DNA of 64,000 nucleotides from an uncultured Gemmatimonadales bacterium (GCA_963823035.1 CAWGKG010000004.1:320001-384000); one strand, 5' to 3'; numbered from the stretch's first letter, positions 40,621 through 53,086 are shown. Notes: generated from the letters alone by a model not told the origin. Made by a program: numbers and translations.

Positions 40621-43600
40621 ATGCTGAAGCGCGTCATCGAAGCCTCCGTGCGGAACAAGTTCCTCGTCCTGGTCTGCGGGCTCTTCATCGCCGTGGGTGG
40701 CATCCTGGCGATGCGCAGCCTGCCGCTCGAGGCCATCCCGGACCTCTCCGACGTGCAGGTGATCGTCCGCACCGACTACGCGGGGCAGGCGCCGCAGATC
40801 GTCGAGGACCAGGTCACCTATCCCATCTCCTCGGAGATGCTCAAGGTGCCCGGCGCCGTGACGGTGCGCGGCTACTCCTTCTTCGGGGCCTCGTTCGTCT
40901 ACGTGATCTTCGACGACGGCACGGACCTGTACTGGGCCCGGAGCCGCGTGCTGGAGTACCTGTCGTCCATCCGCGGGCGACTTCCCGACGCGGCGCAGCC
41001 GGCGCTCGGCCCCGACGCGACGGGGCTCGGGTGGGTCTACCAGTACGCCCTGGTCGACACCACCGGGACGATGTCGCTGGCCGACATCCGCAGCTACCAG
41101 GACTGGACGCTGCGCTACCAGCTCACTTCCGTGCCCGGCGTCAGCGAAGTGGCGACGGTCGGGGGGTACGAACAGGTCTACGAGGTGACGGTCGACCCGA
41201 TCAAGCTGCGTGGCTACGGGATTCCCGTGACCAAGGTGATGGAGGCCATCCGATCGTCCAACGAGGACGTGGGCGCGATGGTCCTGGAGCTCGCGGACCG
41301 GGAGTACATGATCCGCGGGCTGGGCTACCTGCAGAACCTCCAGGACATCGAGGACGTGGTCGTGAGCGCGACCGATCACGGCACGCCGGTGCGGGTGGCG
41401 GACGTGGCCGACGTGCACATGGCGCCCGACGTGCGCCGCGGCGTCGCGGACCTGGACGGGCGGGGCGACGTGGTGGGCGGCATCGTCGTCATGCGGTACG
41501 GCGAGAACGCGCTGGCCACCATCGAGCGCGTGAAGGAGAAGCTGGCCTCCATCCAGAACGGCTTCCCGGCCGGGCTCGTGGTGAAGCCCGTCTACGACCG
41601 CTCGGACCTGATCCACCGCGCGATCGGCACGCTGAAGGGCAAGCTGCTCGAGGAGTCCCTCGTGGTGGCGCTGGTCACCGTGCTCTTCCTCGTGCACGTG
41701 CGCAGCGCGCTGGTGGTGATCCTCACGCTGCCGCTCGGGATCCTCATGGCCTTCATCGCCATGCGCACCCTCGGCCTGGGCGCGGACATCATGAGCCTGG
41801 GCGGCATCGCGATCGCGATCGGCGCGATGATCGACGGCGCGATCGTCATGATCGAGAACATGCACAAGCACCTGGAGCGCGCGATCGACGAAAAGCGGGA
41901 GCGCGCCCGGGCGATGGGCGTGCCCATCCCCGGTGACGACGGGGAGGAGCTGCACACCCGTGTGCTCACGACGGGCGAACGGTGGGACGTGGTGGTGCGC
42001 GCCTCCAAGGAGGTGGGCCCCGCGCTCTTCTTCTCGCTGCTCATCATCACGGTGTCGTTCCTCCCGGTGTTCAGCCTGGAGGCGCAGGAGGGGCGGCTCT
42101 TCAGGCCGCTGGCGTGGACGAAGACGCTGGCCATGGGGAGCGCGAGCCTGCTGTCCGTGACGATGGTGCCGGTGGCCATGGGGCTGTTCATCCGCGGGCG
42201 CATCCATCGGGAGCACGCCAACCCCGTCAACCGCTTCCTGGTGTGGGTGTACCGGCCGGTGCTGGAGTGGGTGCTGCGCTACCGGTGGCCGGTGGTGGCC
42301 GCCGCCCTGGCCACCGTGGTGCTCACCGTGCTTCCCATGCAACGGATCGGCTCGGAGTTCATGCCGCCGCTTGAACGAAGGCACGATGCTCTACATGCCC
42401 ACCACCCTGCCCGGGATCAGCGTGGCCAAGGCGCGGGAGACGCTGCGCGTGCAGGACTCGATCATCAAGTCCTTCCCCGAGGTCGAGAGCGTCTTCGGCA
42501 AGGCGGGCCGGGCCACCACCGCGACGGACCCCGCGCCGCTGTCGATGTTCGAGACCACCATCGTCCTGAAGCCCGAGGAGGAGTGGAGGCCGGGCACGAC
42601 GTACGACGAACTCGTGCGGGAGATGGACGGTGCGCTCCGCTTCGCCGGCATCACCAACTCGTGGACGATGCCCATCAAGGGCCGCATCGACATGCTGGCC
42701 ACGGGCATCCGCACGCCGGTCGGCGTGAAGATCTTCGGCCCCGACCTGAACGAGCTCGAGCGCCTGGCCAAGGAGGTGGAAGGCGCGGTGAAGATGGTGC
42801 CCGGCACGCGCTCCGCCTTCGGCGAGCGCGTGGTCTCCGGATCCTACCTGGACATCGACATCGACCGGGACGCGGCGGCACGCTACGGCATGAACGTCAA
42901 GCAGATCCAGATGGTGATCGCCTCCGCCATCGGCGGCATGGGCATCACGCGCACGGTGGAGGGACGGGAGCGCTACACGGTGCGCGTACGCTACCCCCAG
43001 GAGCTGCGCGACCAGCCGGAGAAGCTGGCGGAGATCCTGATTCCGGTGGGGATGCGTCAGGCGGCCATGGCGGACATGGCGGCCCCGGCCACGATGTCCG
43101 GGATGGACGGGACGAGCTCCGGCTGCCGGCGGCGGGATGGGCGCAGGCCGTCGACCGGCGCCCGGGGCATCGCGCAGATCCCACTCGGGCAGGTGGCGCG
43201 CATCCGCACGGTGGGCGGGCCGATGGCCGTGAAGACCGAGCAGGCCTTTCCCACCGCGTGGGTGTTCGTGGACGTCGAGGGGAACGACCTGGGCGGGTAC
43301 GTGGTCGCCGCCAAGAAGATGGTGGACCAGATGGTGAAATTGCCCACCGGGTACTCCATGACCTGGTCCGGGCAGTACGAGTACATGCAGCGCGCGAAGG
43401 AGAAGCTGGCCGTCGTCGTGCCCGCCACGCTCGTCATCATCTTCCTGCTGCTCTACCTGAACTTCGGACGGCTCGGCGAGACGCTCATCGTCATGCTGTC
43501 GCTCCCCTTCGGCCTGGTGGGGGGCGTGCTCATCATGGCGCTGCTCGGCTTCAACTGGTCGGTGGCCACCGGCGTGGGCTTCATCGCGCTGGCGGGCGTG

Positions 43601-43978
43601 TCCGCGGAGATCGGCGTGATCATGCTGCTGTACCTGAACAACGCGTGGGAGGAGCGGCGAAGGCACCGTCCCGACGCGGAGGGGCTTCGTGACGCCGTGA
43701 TCCACGGAGCGGCGCTCCGGGTCCGTCCGATCGTGATGACGGTGACCGCGGTGGTCGGCGGCCTGCTCCCGATCTTCTGGGGGCACGGCACCGGCGCCAC
43801 CGTGATGCGCCGCATCGCCGCGCCGATGGTGGGCGGGATGATCTCGGCGACGCTGCTGACGCTCCTGGTCATCCCCGCGATCTACTCGCTCTGGCAGGAG
43901 GCCGCGCTGCGCTTCAAGGCGCGTGCGGCCTCGAAGGAGCTCGCCGGCACTCCGCCGCTGCCCGCCGGCGCCGACTGA
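40621..43978 (+). CDS. cusA: CusA/SilA-type heavy-metal RND permease; frameshift ~42370
   Basis: IPDLSDVQVI, GPDATGLGW, IMSLGGIAIAIGAMID and RVRPIVMT. Met-triad motifs LYMPTTLPG, PLSMFET and RIDMLATG are present. Confidence 0.9.
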
Positions 43979-44013
43979 GGCAGGAACCTCGATCATTCGG
44001 GAGAACCCGTCTC

Positions 44014-44571
44014 ATGAAGACCCCATCGAAGTGCACGGCCGTGACCCTTTTGGTATGGGCATCCGCGGCCCTCGCAGGCTGTTCGAACAGCGCGACGACC
44101 GAGCCGGACCTGTCGGTGCCCGCTGCCCTCCTCAGCGTGCAGCCCACAGGCGGCTCCGTCGACGTGGCGGTGGATGCGGAGGTGGTCGTCACCTTCGATC
44201 ACCCCATCGCCGAAGGCATGGAGGCGTACGCCGCCCTCTACGAGGGCTCGATCACGGGCCCCGAGGTGCCGGGCACATGGGCGCTCTCCGCGGATCACAC
44301 GGCGCTGACGTTCACGCCCGACGCGCCTCTGAAGCCGGCCACGACGTACGTCATCCACATCGGGGGCGGAATGATGGACGCCGACGGCGACATCCTGGAC
44401 CTGGGCTCGCACGGTAGGGGCATGGGTGGCGAATGGGCGACCGGGTCCATGATGACCGGCGGCATGGGCATGCACGGCCAGGGGGGCCACTCCGACCATA
44501 TGGGCATGGGCTGGGAAAACCCCACCGACGGCACGTACGGCATGGTGTTCACCTTCACGACGGCGCCATGA
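44014..44571 (+). CDS. Ig-like (Big_5-type) lipoprotein with Met/His-rich loop
   Basis: Lipobox LAGC, VVVTFDHP, LTFTPDAPLKPATTY, MMTGGMGMHGQGGHSDHMGMGW and FTFTT. Confidence 0.75.
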   Translation: MKTPSKCTAVTLLVWASAALAGCSNSATTEPDLSVPAALLSVQPTGGSVDVAVDAEVVVTFDHPIAEGMEAYAALYEGSITGPEVPGTWALSADHTALTFTPDAPLKPATTYVIHIGGGMMDADGDILDLGSHGRGMGGEWATGSMMTGGMGMHGQGGHSDHMGMGWENPTDGTYGMVFTFTTAP

Positions 44572-44665
44572 GCGAGCTCCGCTCCGGGGCCGAGATGAAG
44601 GCATCGTCACGGTGGCCGTCACGGCCGTGGCCGGTGCGAGACGATATCCAGGAAGGAGTCGAACC

Positions 44666-45382
44666 ATGAATGCGAAGCGATGGACGACCACGCTGACGCT
44701 GCTCGGACTCTGCGCCGTTCCGGCTGCGGGCCAGCAGCCGGCGGGGATGTCCCCACACGGTGCGCAGATGCATCCGGGCATGATGCAGCCCTGCCAGGCC
44801 ATGAGCGCCGGGGTGATGGGCCAGGGTGGGATGGGCGCCATGCACGGCCGGGCCGGGATGATGGGCACGGCCACGATGCGCATGGCCCCCGGCATGATGG
44901 GCTCCGCCGGGATGGTGGGCTCCGCCGGGATGATGGGCCCGATGGGCCCGATGGGCCCGATGGGCTTGATGCAGGGCGGGCGCCCCGATGCCAACGCCCT
45001 GCTCGGAGCGGCGGGGAGCTTGGGCCTCACCTCCGCCCAGCAGGATCGCCTCACCGCGATCGCAGAGACCGAGCACCAGGACCGCCAGGAGCGGATCGGG
45101 CGCGGCCATGGCCGCCTACCAGCGGGCGAGCGAGATCCTGCAGGCGGACGCTCCAGACGCGACAGGCCTACGAGCGAGCCCTCCAGGAGGCGTCCGACAA
45201 CATGGTGCAGGTGCAGGTCGCGTCCGTACGCGCGGGGCAGGAGGCGGCCGGGGTCCTCACGCCCGCAGCAGCGTACCAGGCTGCAGGACAGCATGGCGCT
45301 GGTCGGTTCGATGCTGTGTGGTGAGCTCGGCGGGGCGGCGGGCGCCGCACCCGGTCCCGGTGGCCCCACGTCGTCGAGGTGA
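44666..45382 (+). CDS. Met-rich periplasmic Spy/CpxP/ZraP-like protein; frameshifts ~45100-45270
   Basis: Signal peptide, a long Met/Gly-rich segment, LGLTSAQQDRL and a second VLTP..QRTRL motif once frames are joined. Confidence 0.65.
   Translation: MNAKRWTTTLTLLGLCAVPAAGQQPAGMSPHGAQMHPGMMQPCQAMSAGVMGQGGMGAMHGRAGMMGTATMRMAPGMMGSAGMVGSAGMMGPMGPMGPMGLMQGGRPDANALLGAAGSLGLTSAQQDRLTAIAETEHQDRQERIGRGHGRLPAGERDPAGGRSRRDRPTSEPSRRRPTTWCRCRSRPYARGRRRPGSSRPQQRTRLQDSMALVGSMLCGELGGAAGAAPGPGGPTSSR
44894..44970 (+). repeat. Coding tandem repeats (18-nt MMGSAG units and 9-nt MGP units)
   Basis: ATGRTGGGCTCCGCCGGG x2, then ATGGGCCCG x3. Confidence 0.8.
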
Positions 45383-45431
45383 GGTAGGGGAATCCCCGAT
45401 TGCGGGAACGGGGCGAAGCGCTATCTTGGAG

Positions 45432-45448
45432 TTGAGACTGATTCTCAA
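45432..45448. promoter_or_regulatory. Fur-box-like operator upstream of feoA
   Basis: TTGAGACTGATTCTCAA is one mismatch from the palindrome TTGAGAATnATTCTCAA. Confidence 0.7.
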
Positions 45449-45485
45449 AGTAGTCACGACGATTTCGCCATCCGCAGGACTGCAC

Positions 45486-45827
45486 ATGGCTTTCACGCGG
45501 CGTCTACCGATGGTCGAGACAGCGACCGCGCCGTCGTTCGGGGAAGGGCAGGAGCTGAGCCTGGCGGACATTCCGCTGCGGCAGGCGTGTGAGCTGATCC
45601 GGATCGACCTTCCGCACGACGAGCTCGAGCCGCTGTTCGAGCGTGGGGTGCTACCCGGCTGTGAGCTGTGCCCGGTGCGGCGATCGCCGTCCGGTGACCC
45701 GATCGTGACGGTGGACGGCACGCTGCTCGCCCTCCGCCGCGAGATGGCAGGGTGTCTTTGCGTCCGTCTCCGCGTCGATCCGGGTGACGCTCCGACCGAG
45801 GGCGGACAGAGGCTGGCGTCCGACTGA
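45486..45827 (+). CDS. feoA: Ferrous iron transport protein A
   Basis: LFERGVLPG...RRSPSGDPIVTVDGTLLALRRE, directly upstream of feoB. Confidence 0.85.
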   Translation: MAFTRRLPMVETATAPSFGEGQELSLADIPLRQACELIRIDLPHDELEPLFERGVLPGCELCPVRRSPSGDPIVTVDGTLLALRREMAGCLCVRLRVDPGDAPTEGGQRLASD

Positions 45828-45848
45828 TCCGCCCGTTGTAGCCCTACC

Positions 45849-47793
<1,945 letters not shown>

Positions 47794-47815
47794 CGGACCT
47801 TCCGCGGCCCCGTCT

Positions 47816-47888
47816 GTAGGGAAGCTCCCCGCAAAAAGATTCCGGTTCTGCCCGACAGTCGCCGGACCCCGCACGTGACAAACTTCAC
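47816..47888. promoter_or_regulatory. Regulatory-looking motifs in a convergent intergenic gap
   Basis: GTAGGGAAGCTCCCCGC (47816-47832) and CRP/FNR-like GTGA-N6-TCAC (47875-47888). Confidence 0.35.
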
Positions 47889-47978
47889 CCCGTGCTGATT
47901 GAAGGGGGGCCAGGTGGAGCCACGTCCGTCCGTCGAAGCCCACCGCGGTACGGCCGGCGACGGCGAGCCGGCGTCCCG

Positions 47979-48641
47979 CTATCGGACGTGTGCAGGCGTG
48001 GAGTCCGGGTGGGGCATGGCGTCCCCGTGCCTCATCCCGGGCTTCATGTCGTGGCGCTGGAAGACCACCCAAAGACCCGCGACGAGCACGAAGCCGGCCA
48101 GGACCCGGCGGCTCCAGGGGCGCTCACCGGCGAGTCGGCGGACGCCCAGGCCGAAGGCGGCCAGGGCGGGCACGGTGCCGAGGCCGAAGGCGGCCATGGA
48201 GGCGGCACCCACCATGGGGTCGCCCGAGGCGACGGCGATGCCGAGGGTGGCGTAGACCAGGCCGCAGGGAAGCAACCCCGTGGCCATCCCGAAGAGGAAG
48301 CGGGATCCGAGGTCCCCGCGCTGCGCGGCGCGGGTCGCCAAGCGCGTGAGTCCGGGGATGCGCAGGGCCGGCTCGGGCACGACGCCCGCGAGGCCCGCGG
48401 CGAACCAGACGACGAGGGCGGCGGACACGATCGTCGCCACCCAGGTGGGACCCGGGACGGAATGACCGACCAGACCGGCGAGGGCCCCGAGGAGGGCGTA
48501 GGTGAGGATCTTGCCGGCGTGCCAGGCGGTGGTGTGCGAGACCCGTCCCCCGCAGGCGAGAGCGAACGAACCGCACATCCCGATGCAATGAGGGCTACCG
48601 ACCAGACCCGCGAGCGCGGCGGCCGAGATGGCTGGAATCAT
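47979..48641 (-). CDS. cbb3-associated DsbD_2 (TauE/SafE-annotated) membrane protein
   Basis: GSPHCIGMCG, GLLPCGLVY and AFGLGTVP, with a His/Met tail. Confidence 0.85.
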   Translation of the reverse strand: MIPAISAAALAGLVGSPHCIGMCGSFALACGGRVSHTTAWHAGKILTYALLGALAGLVGHSVPGPTWVATIVSAALVVWFAAGLAGVVPEPALRIPGLTRLATRAAQRGDLGSRFLFGMATGLLPCGLVYATLGIAVASGDPMVGAASMAAFGLGTVPALAAFGLGVRRLAGERPWSRRVLAGFVLVAGLWVVFQRHDMKPGMRHGDAMPHPDSTPAHVR

Positions 48642-48718
48642 GACGCGTGGGTGAGGCTGGCGAGAAGGATAGCGGGACCCTGAGGAAGAAGCCGAAGTCC
48701 ACCTCACGAGAGAACCTT

Positions 48719-50188
48719 ATGGAACAGACCTCTCCCGGTACAGCCGCGACCACCCGCGCGGACGTCGGCCAGGACCCTGGATACGACATGGCCATCGTGA
48801 AGATGTTCTTCACGGCGACCGTCGTGTGGGCCCTCGTCGGGATGCTGGTGGGTGTGATCATCGCGCTCGAGCTCGCCTGGTGGCCGGCCAACATGGGCCT
48901 GCCCTGGACGACGTTCGGGCGGCTGCGTCCGCTGCACACGAACGCGGTGATCTTCGCGTTCGCCGGCAACGTGTGCTTCACCGGCATCTACCACTCGATG
49001 CAGCGGCTGCTCAAGACGCGGATGTTCAACGACACGTTGAGCCGCATCCACTTCTGGGGGTGGCAGCTCATCATCGTGGCGGCCGCGATCACGCTCCCGC
49101 TGGGCATGACCCAGTCGAAGGAGTACGCCGAGCTGATCTGGCCCATCGACGTGGCCATCACGTTCGTGTGGGTGGTGTTCGCCGTGAACTTCTTCGGCAC
49201 CATCGCGAAGCGGAACGTCAAGCACCTGTACGTGTCGATCTGGTTCTACATGTCGTTCGTGCTGACGATCGCCGTGCTGCACATCGTGAACAGCCTGGCG
49301 ATCCCCGCGACGCTCTTCCGCTCGTACCCCATCTACTCCGGGCTCACGGACGCCCTGGTGCAGTGGTGGTATGGACACAACGCGGTCGGCTTCTTCCTGA
49401 CCACGCCCTTCCTCGGGCTGATGTACTACTACCTGCCGCGCGCGGCCGAGCGGCCCGTCTACAGCTACCGGCTGTCGATCGTCCACTTCTGGGGCCTGGT
49501 GTTCCTCTACATCTGGGCCGGCCCGCACCACCTGCTCTACTCGGCGCTGCCGGACTGGGCGCAAACGGTGGGGATGGTCTTCAGCATCATGCTGCTCGCG
49601 CCCTCCTGGGGCGGGATGCTCAACGGCCTGCTCACGCTCAAGGGTGCGTGGGACAAGGTCAGGACGGACCCGATCCTGAAGTTCATGGTCGTGGCCGTGT
49701 CGTTCTACGGGATGAGCACGTTCGAGGGACCGATGATGTCGATCCGGTCGGTGAACGGGCTCGCCCACTACACCAACTGGGTCATCGGCCACGTCCACTC
49801 CGGCGCGCTCGGATGGGTGGGGATGATCTCCTTCGGGATGCTCTACTGGCTGGTGCAGAACATCTGGAAGCGGCCGCTCGCCCATCCCAAGTGGGCCACG
49901 CACCACTTCTGGCTCGCGACGATCGGCATCGTGCTCTACACCGTCTCCATGTGGGCCGCGGGCCTCATGGAGGGGCTGCAGTGGCGGGCGCTCAACGACG
50001 CCGGCCAGCTGGCCAACCCGGTCTTCGTCGACATCACGCAGCGCCTCAATCCGTTCATGTGGCTGCGCCTGATCGGGGGCTCGATGTACCTGATCGGCGC
50101 GATCATGATGGCGATCAACTTCTGGCAGACCATCCGCGGTCCCGCCCGGCCCATGGCGGCCGAGCCCGTGGCCGTCGGGGCGGACTGA
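48719..50188 (+). CDS. ccoN: cbb3-type cytochrome c oxidase subunit I
   Basis: [34 protein letters not shown] and [10 protein letters not shown]. Confidence 0.97.
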   Translation: MEQTSPGTAATTRADVGQDPGYDMAIVKMFFTATVVWALVGMLVGVIIALELAWWPANMGLPWTTFGRLRPLHTNAVIFAFAGNVCFTGIYHSMQRLLKTRMFNDTLSRIHFWGWQLIIVAAAITLPLGMTQSKEYAELIWPIDVAITFVWVVFAVNFFGTIAKRNVKHLYVSIWFYMSFVLTIAVLHIVNSLAIPATLFRSYPIYSGLTDALVQWWYGHNAVGFFLTTPFLGLMYYYLPRAAERPVYSYRLSIVHFWGLVFLYIWAGPHHLLYSALPDWAQTVGMVFSIMLLAPSWGGMLNGLLTLKGAWDKVRTDPILKFMVVAVSFYGMSTFEGPMMSIRSVNGLAHYTNWVIGHVHSGALGWVGMISFGMLYWLVQNIWKRPLAHPKWATHHFWLATIGIVLYTVSMWAAGLMEGLQWRALNDAGQLANPVFVDITQRLNPFMWLRLIGGSMYLIGAIMMAINFWQTIRGPARPMAAEPVAVGAD

Positions 50189-50198
50189 GGAGACGGCC

Positions 50199-50927
50199 AT
50201 GTCTGAGCACAACGAACCGGAGAAGGCCTACGGCCGCCTCCACAGGATCCTCGAGGGGAAGGCCGCGCTCTTCGCCATCCTGACCACCGTGGCGGTGTCC
50301 ATCGGCGGGCTGGTGGAGATCGTGCCGATGTACACGGCGCAGTCGCTCACCTGGGAGCGCGCGGACTGGGTGACCCCCTACTCGGCGCTCGAGGTCGCGG
50401 GGCGCGACATCTACGTCCGCGAGGGCTGCTACCTCTGCCACTCGCAGATGGTGCGCCCCATGCGCGCCGAGATCCTGCGCTACGGCGAGTGGACCCGCTC
50501 GGCCGAGTACCAGTACGACCGCCCGTTCCTGCTCGGCTCGCGGCGCATGGGCCCCGACCTCCAGCGTGAGGGCGGGAAGTACCCCGACGCCTGGCACTAC
50601 GAGCACATGCGCGACCCCCGCGCCACGTCGCCCGGCTCGATCATGCCGATCTATCCGTGGCTGCACCGGAACAAGGTCGATCCGGCGGACATCACGGCCT
50701 CGATGACCGCGCTGCGCAGGGTCGGCACGCCCTACGTGGGCGTGACGGTGGACAACGTCGCGGCCGCGATGGAGCAGCAGGGCCAGGCGATCGTGCAGAA
50801 CCTCGCCGCGGCCGGCATCACCGCGGAGTGGAACGACGAGATCATCGCGCTCACCGCCTACCTGCAGCGCCTGGGCGTGGAGGGCAAGAAGCACCTCGCC
50901 GCCCAGCAGCAGGGAGGGAACGAATGA
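50199..50927 (+). CDS. ccoO: cbb3 oxidase subunit II
   Basis: GRDIYVREGCYLCHSQMVRP, GPDL and PGSIMP. Confidence 0.96.
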   Translation: MSEHNEPEKAYGRLHRILEGKAALFAILTTVAVSIGGLVEIVPMYTAQSLTWERADWVTPYSALEVAGRDIYVREGCYLCHSQMVRPMRAEILRYGEWTRSAEYQYDRPFLLGSRRMGPDLQREGGKYPDAWHYEHMRDPRATSPGSIMPIYPWLHRNKVDPADITASMTALRRVGTPYVGVTVDNVAAAMEQQGQAIVQNLAAAGITAEWNDEIIALTAYLQRLGVEGKKHLAAQQQGGNE

Positions 50928-51103
50928 ACCCGCTGCTGAAGGACGCGGCCGAGTCGGTCGCCATGGGATGGCTGCTGGGACTGATGACGGTGGTGTTCCT
51001 GGCCGTCTTCGTCGGCTGGGCCTGGTACGCGTACCGACCCCGGCACCGGGGCCTCATGGAGGAGCTCGGAAAGATGCCCTTCTCGGACGGAGGTGACGCG
51101 TGA
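50924..51103 (+). CDS. ccoQ: cbb3 oxidase subunit IV
   Basis: 59 aa with one TM (MTVVFLAVFVGWAWYAY...MPF), coupled between ccoO and ccoP. Confidence 0.85.
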   Translation: MNPLLKDAAESVAMGWLLGLMTVVFLAVFVGWAWYAYRPRHRGLMEELGKMPFSDGGDA

Positions 51104-51705
51104 GCAAGGAGACCAACCGCCGTCTCGGACACGCCGACGAGGCCGACGGAATCGAGGAATACGACAATCCCCTCCCGGACTGGTGGGTCGGGCTCTTCTG
51201 GTTCACGATCGTGTGGGCGGTCGGCTACGGGGTCTGGTACCACGCGATCGCGCACCGGTCGCCGGTGAAGCACCTGCAGGAGGAGATGGCAGCGGCGGAC
51301 GCGCGTTGGCCCGCGCAGGCGGCGGCCTCGGCGGCCTCGGCGGCGGACCTCACGGTGACGCCGGCCGCGGTGGCGGCGGGCGAGCAGGTGTTCAAGGCGA
51401 ACTGTGTGGTCTGCCACGGCGACCACCTGCAGGGCGTGATCGGCCCGTCGTTCCTGGACGACGAGTGGCTGCACGGTGGGCAGGCCTCGGAGATCATCCA
51501 CACCATCACCGTGGGCGTGCCCGCGAAGGGGATGGTGCCGTGGGGCGGGATCCTGAGCCCCGAGCAGATCAACGAGGTGGCGGCGTACGTGATCACCAAG
51601 CACAGCGAGGCGACCGGCCGGCCCATCGACCAGATCCTGAAGGCCCCCGGCGACGCCGCGGCGGGCGGTGGCGCGGACACCATCGGCGCCCGACCGAACG
51701 GGTAG
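51100..51705 (+). CDS. ccoP: cbb3 oxidase subunit III, mono-haem form
   Basis: ADGIEEYDNPLPDWW, a single CVVCH and KGMVPW. Confidence 0.92.
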   Translation: MSKETNRRLGHADEADGIEEYDNPLPDWWVGLFWFTIVWAVGYGVWYHAIAHRSPVKHLQEEMAAADARWPAQAAASAASAADLTVTPAAVAAGEQVFKANCVVCHGDHLQGVIGPSFLDDEWLHGGQASEIIHTITVGVPAKGMVPWGGILSPEQINEVAAYVITKHSEATGRPIDQILKAPGDAAAGGGADTIGARPNG

Positions 51706-51730
51706 GCTCCGAGGAGCCGAGGAGACCATC

Positions 51731-53086
51731 GTGGCCGTCGCCAGGCTGCCGGGGATGACCGGCACGCGGGAGTGGGTCTACCCGCAGTCGATTCAGGGAA
51801 CGTTCACGCGCATGAGGCGCTGGACGTTCCTCGGGCTGCACCTGGCGCTGTTCGTGGCGCCCTGGATCACGGTGAAGGGGCACCCTCTCGTGCTCCTCGA
51901 CCTACCGCACCGGCGGGTCCACCTGATGGGCGCGGTGTTCACGCCGGCGGACACGATCTTCCTGGTGCTGCTCCTGCTGTTCCTGGCGTTCAGCCTCTTC
52001 TTCTTCACGGCCATCTTCGGGCGGATATGGTGCGGCTACGCCTGTCCGCAGACCGTGTTCCTCGAGAGTTGGATCCGCCCGCTCGAGCAGTGGATCGAGG
52101 GCGACCGCACGCGGCGCAAGCGGCGTGACGCCGCGGGCATGTCGTGGGACAAGGCATGGCGGAAGGGGGTCAAGTGGGGCGTGTTCCTGGGGGTCTCCGT
52201 CCTGCTCGGCATGGCGATGACCAGCCTGTTCGCCGGGGCACGTCCGCTGTGGACCGGCCAGGCGAGCGGGGCGGCCTACGCCTTCGTGGCGATCTTCGCG
52301 GCGTTCTGGTTCGTGGACTTCACCTGGTTCCGCGAGCAGTTCTGCATCTACGTGTGCCCCTACGCGCGCTTCCAGAGCGCGCTCACGGACGACGAGACGC
52401 TGCTCATCTCCTACGACACGGAGCGCGGGGAGCCGCGAGGTCACAAGCGCGGCCCCGAGGGCGGGTGCATCGCCTGCCAGAAGTGCGTCGTGGTGTGTCC
52501 CCAGGGGATCGACATCCGCAACGGCTTCCAGCTCGAGTGCATCCAGTGCGCGCGCTGCGTCGACGCGTGCGAGAGCGTGATGAGCCGCTTCGACCAGCCG
52601 ACGCTCGTGCGCTACAGCTCGATCGCGGTGGACGACGGCCAGGCTCCGCGGCCGTTCCGCCCGCGCACGCTCGTGTACGGCGGGCTGCTCACGACGCTCA
52701 CGGCGGCGGCCCTGGTGCTGCTGCTCGGGCGGGTGCCGTTCGAGGCCAACATCAACCGGGCGCCCGGCTCGCTCTTCACGGTGGACGCCGACGGCTTCGT
52801 CCGGAACACCTATCTCCTGAAGATCACCAACAAGGAGGCCGCACCCGGGGCGGTGGTCTATCATGTGCAGGTGGAAGGGCTCGAGGGGGCCGTGCTGACG
52901 ACCTCGGAGCTGAACATCGCCCCCGAGGCGAGCGCAACGGTCCCGCTCATCGTACGGATGCCCCTCGCGTCGGCGGACCGGAGGACGATGCCCTTCACCG
53001 TGCGGATCCAATCGCCCTCGGCGGAGCTGCTCCTTCCGACCACCTTCAAGACGGGAGTCAGCGTCGGTGGAGAAGATGACGACTGA
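51731..53086 (+). CDS. ccoG: cbb3 accessory ferredoxin-like membrane protein
   Basis: GRIWCGYACPQT, FCIYVCPYARFQ, CIACQKCVVVCP and CIQCARCVDAC. Confidence 0.93.
   Translation: MAVARLPGMTGTREWVYPQSIQGTFTRMRRWTFLGLHLALFVAPWITVKGHPLVLLDLPHRRVHLMGAVFTPADTIFLVLLLLFLAFSLFFFTAIFGRIWCGYACPQTVFLESWIRPLEQWIEGDRTRRKRRDAAGMSWDKAWRKGVKWGVFLGVSVLLGMAMTSLFAGARPLWTGQASGAAYAFVAIFAAFWFVDFTWFREQFCIYVCPYARFQSALTDDETLLISYDTERGEPRGHKRGPEGGCIACQKCVVVCPQGIDIRNGFQLECIQCARCVDACESVMSRFDQPTLVRYSSIAVDDGQAPRPFRPRTLVYGGLLTTLTAAALVLLLGRVPFEANINRAPGSLFTVDADGFVRNTYLLKITNKEAAPGAVVYHVQVEGLEGAVLTTSELNIAPEASATVPLIVRMPLASADRRTMPFTVRIQSPSAELLLPTTFKTGVSVGGEDDD

Noticed and set aside
42360..42380. Programmed frameshift or naturally split cusA (similarly feoB at ~46950)
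   Set aside because: No slippery heptamer is evident, the break falls inside a conserved motif (FMPPLNEG), and similar indels occur throughout the window.
51100..51705. Mono-haem CcoP as a truncation or novelty
   Set aside because: The ORF is intact with its axial Met, and single-haem CcoP variants are known outside Proteobacteria.
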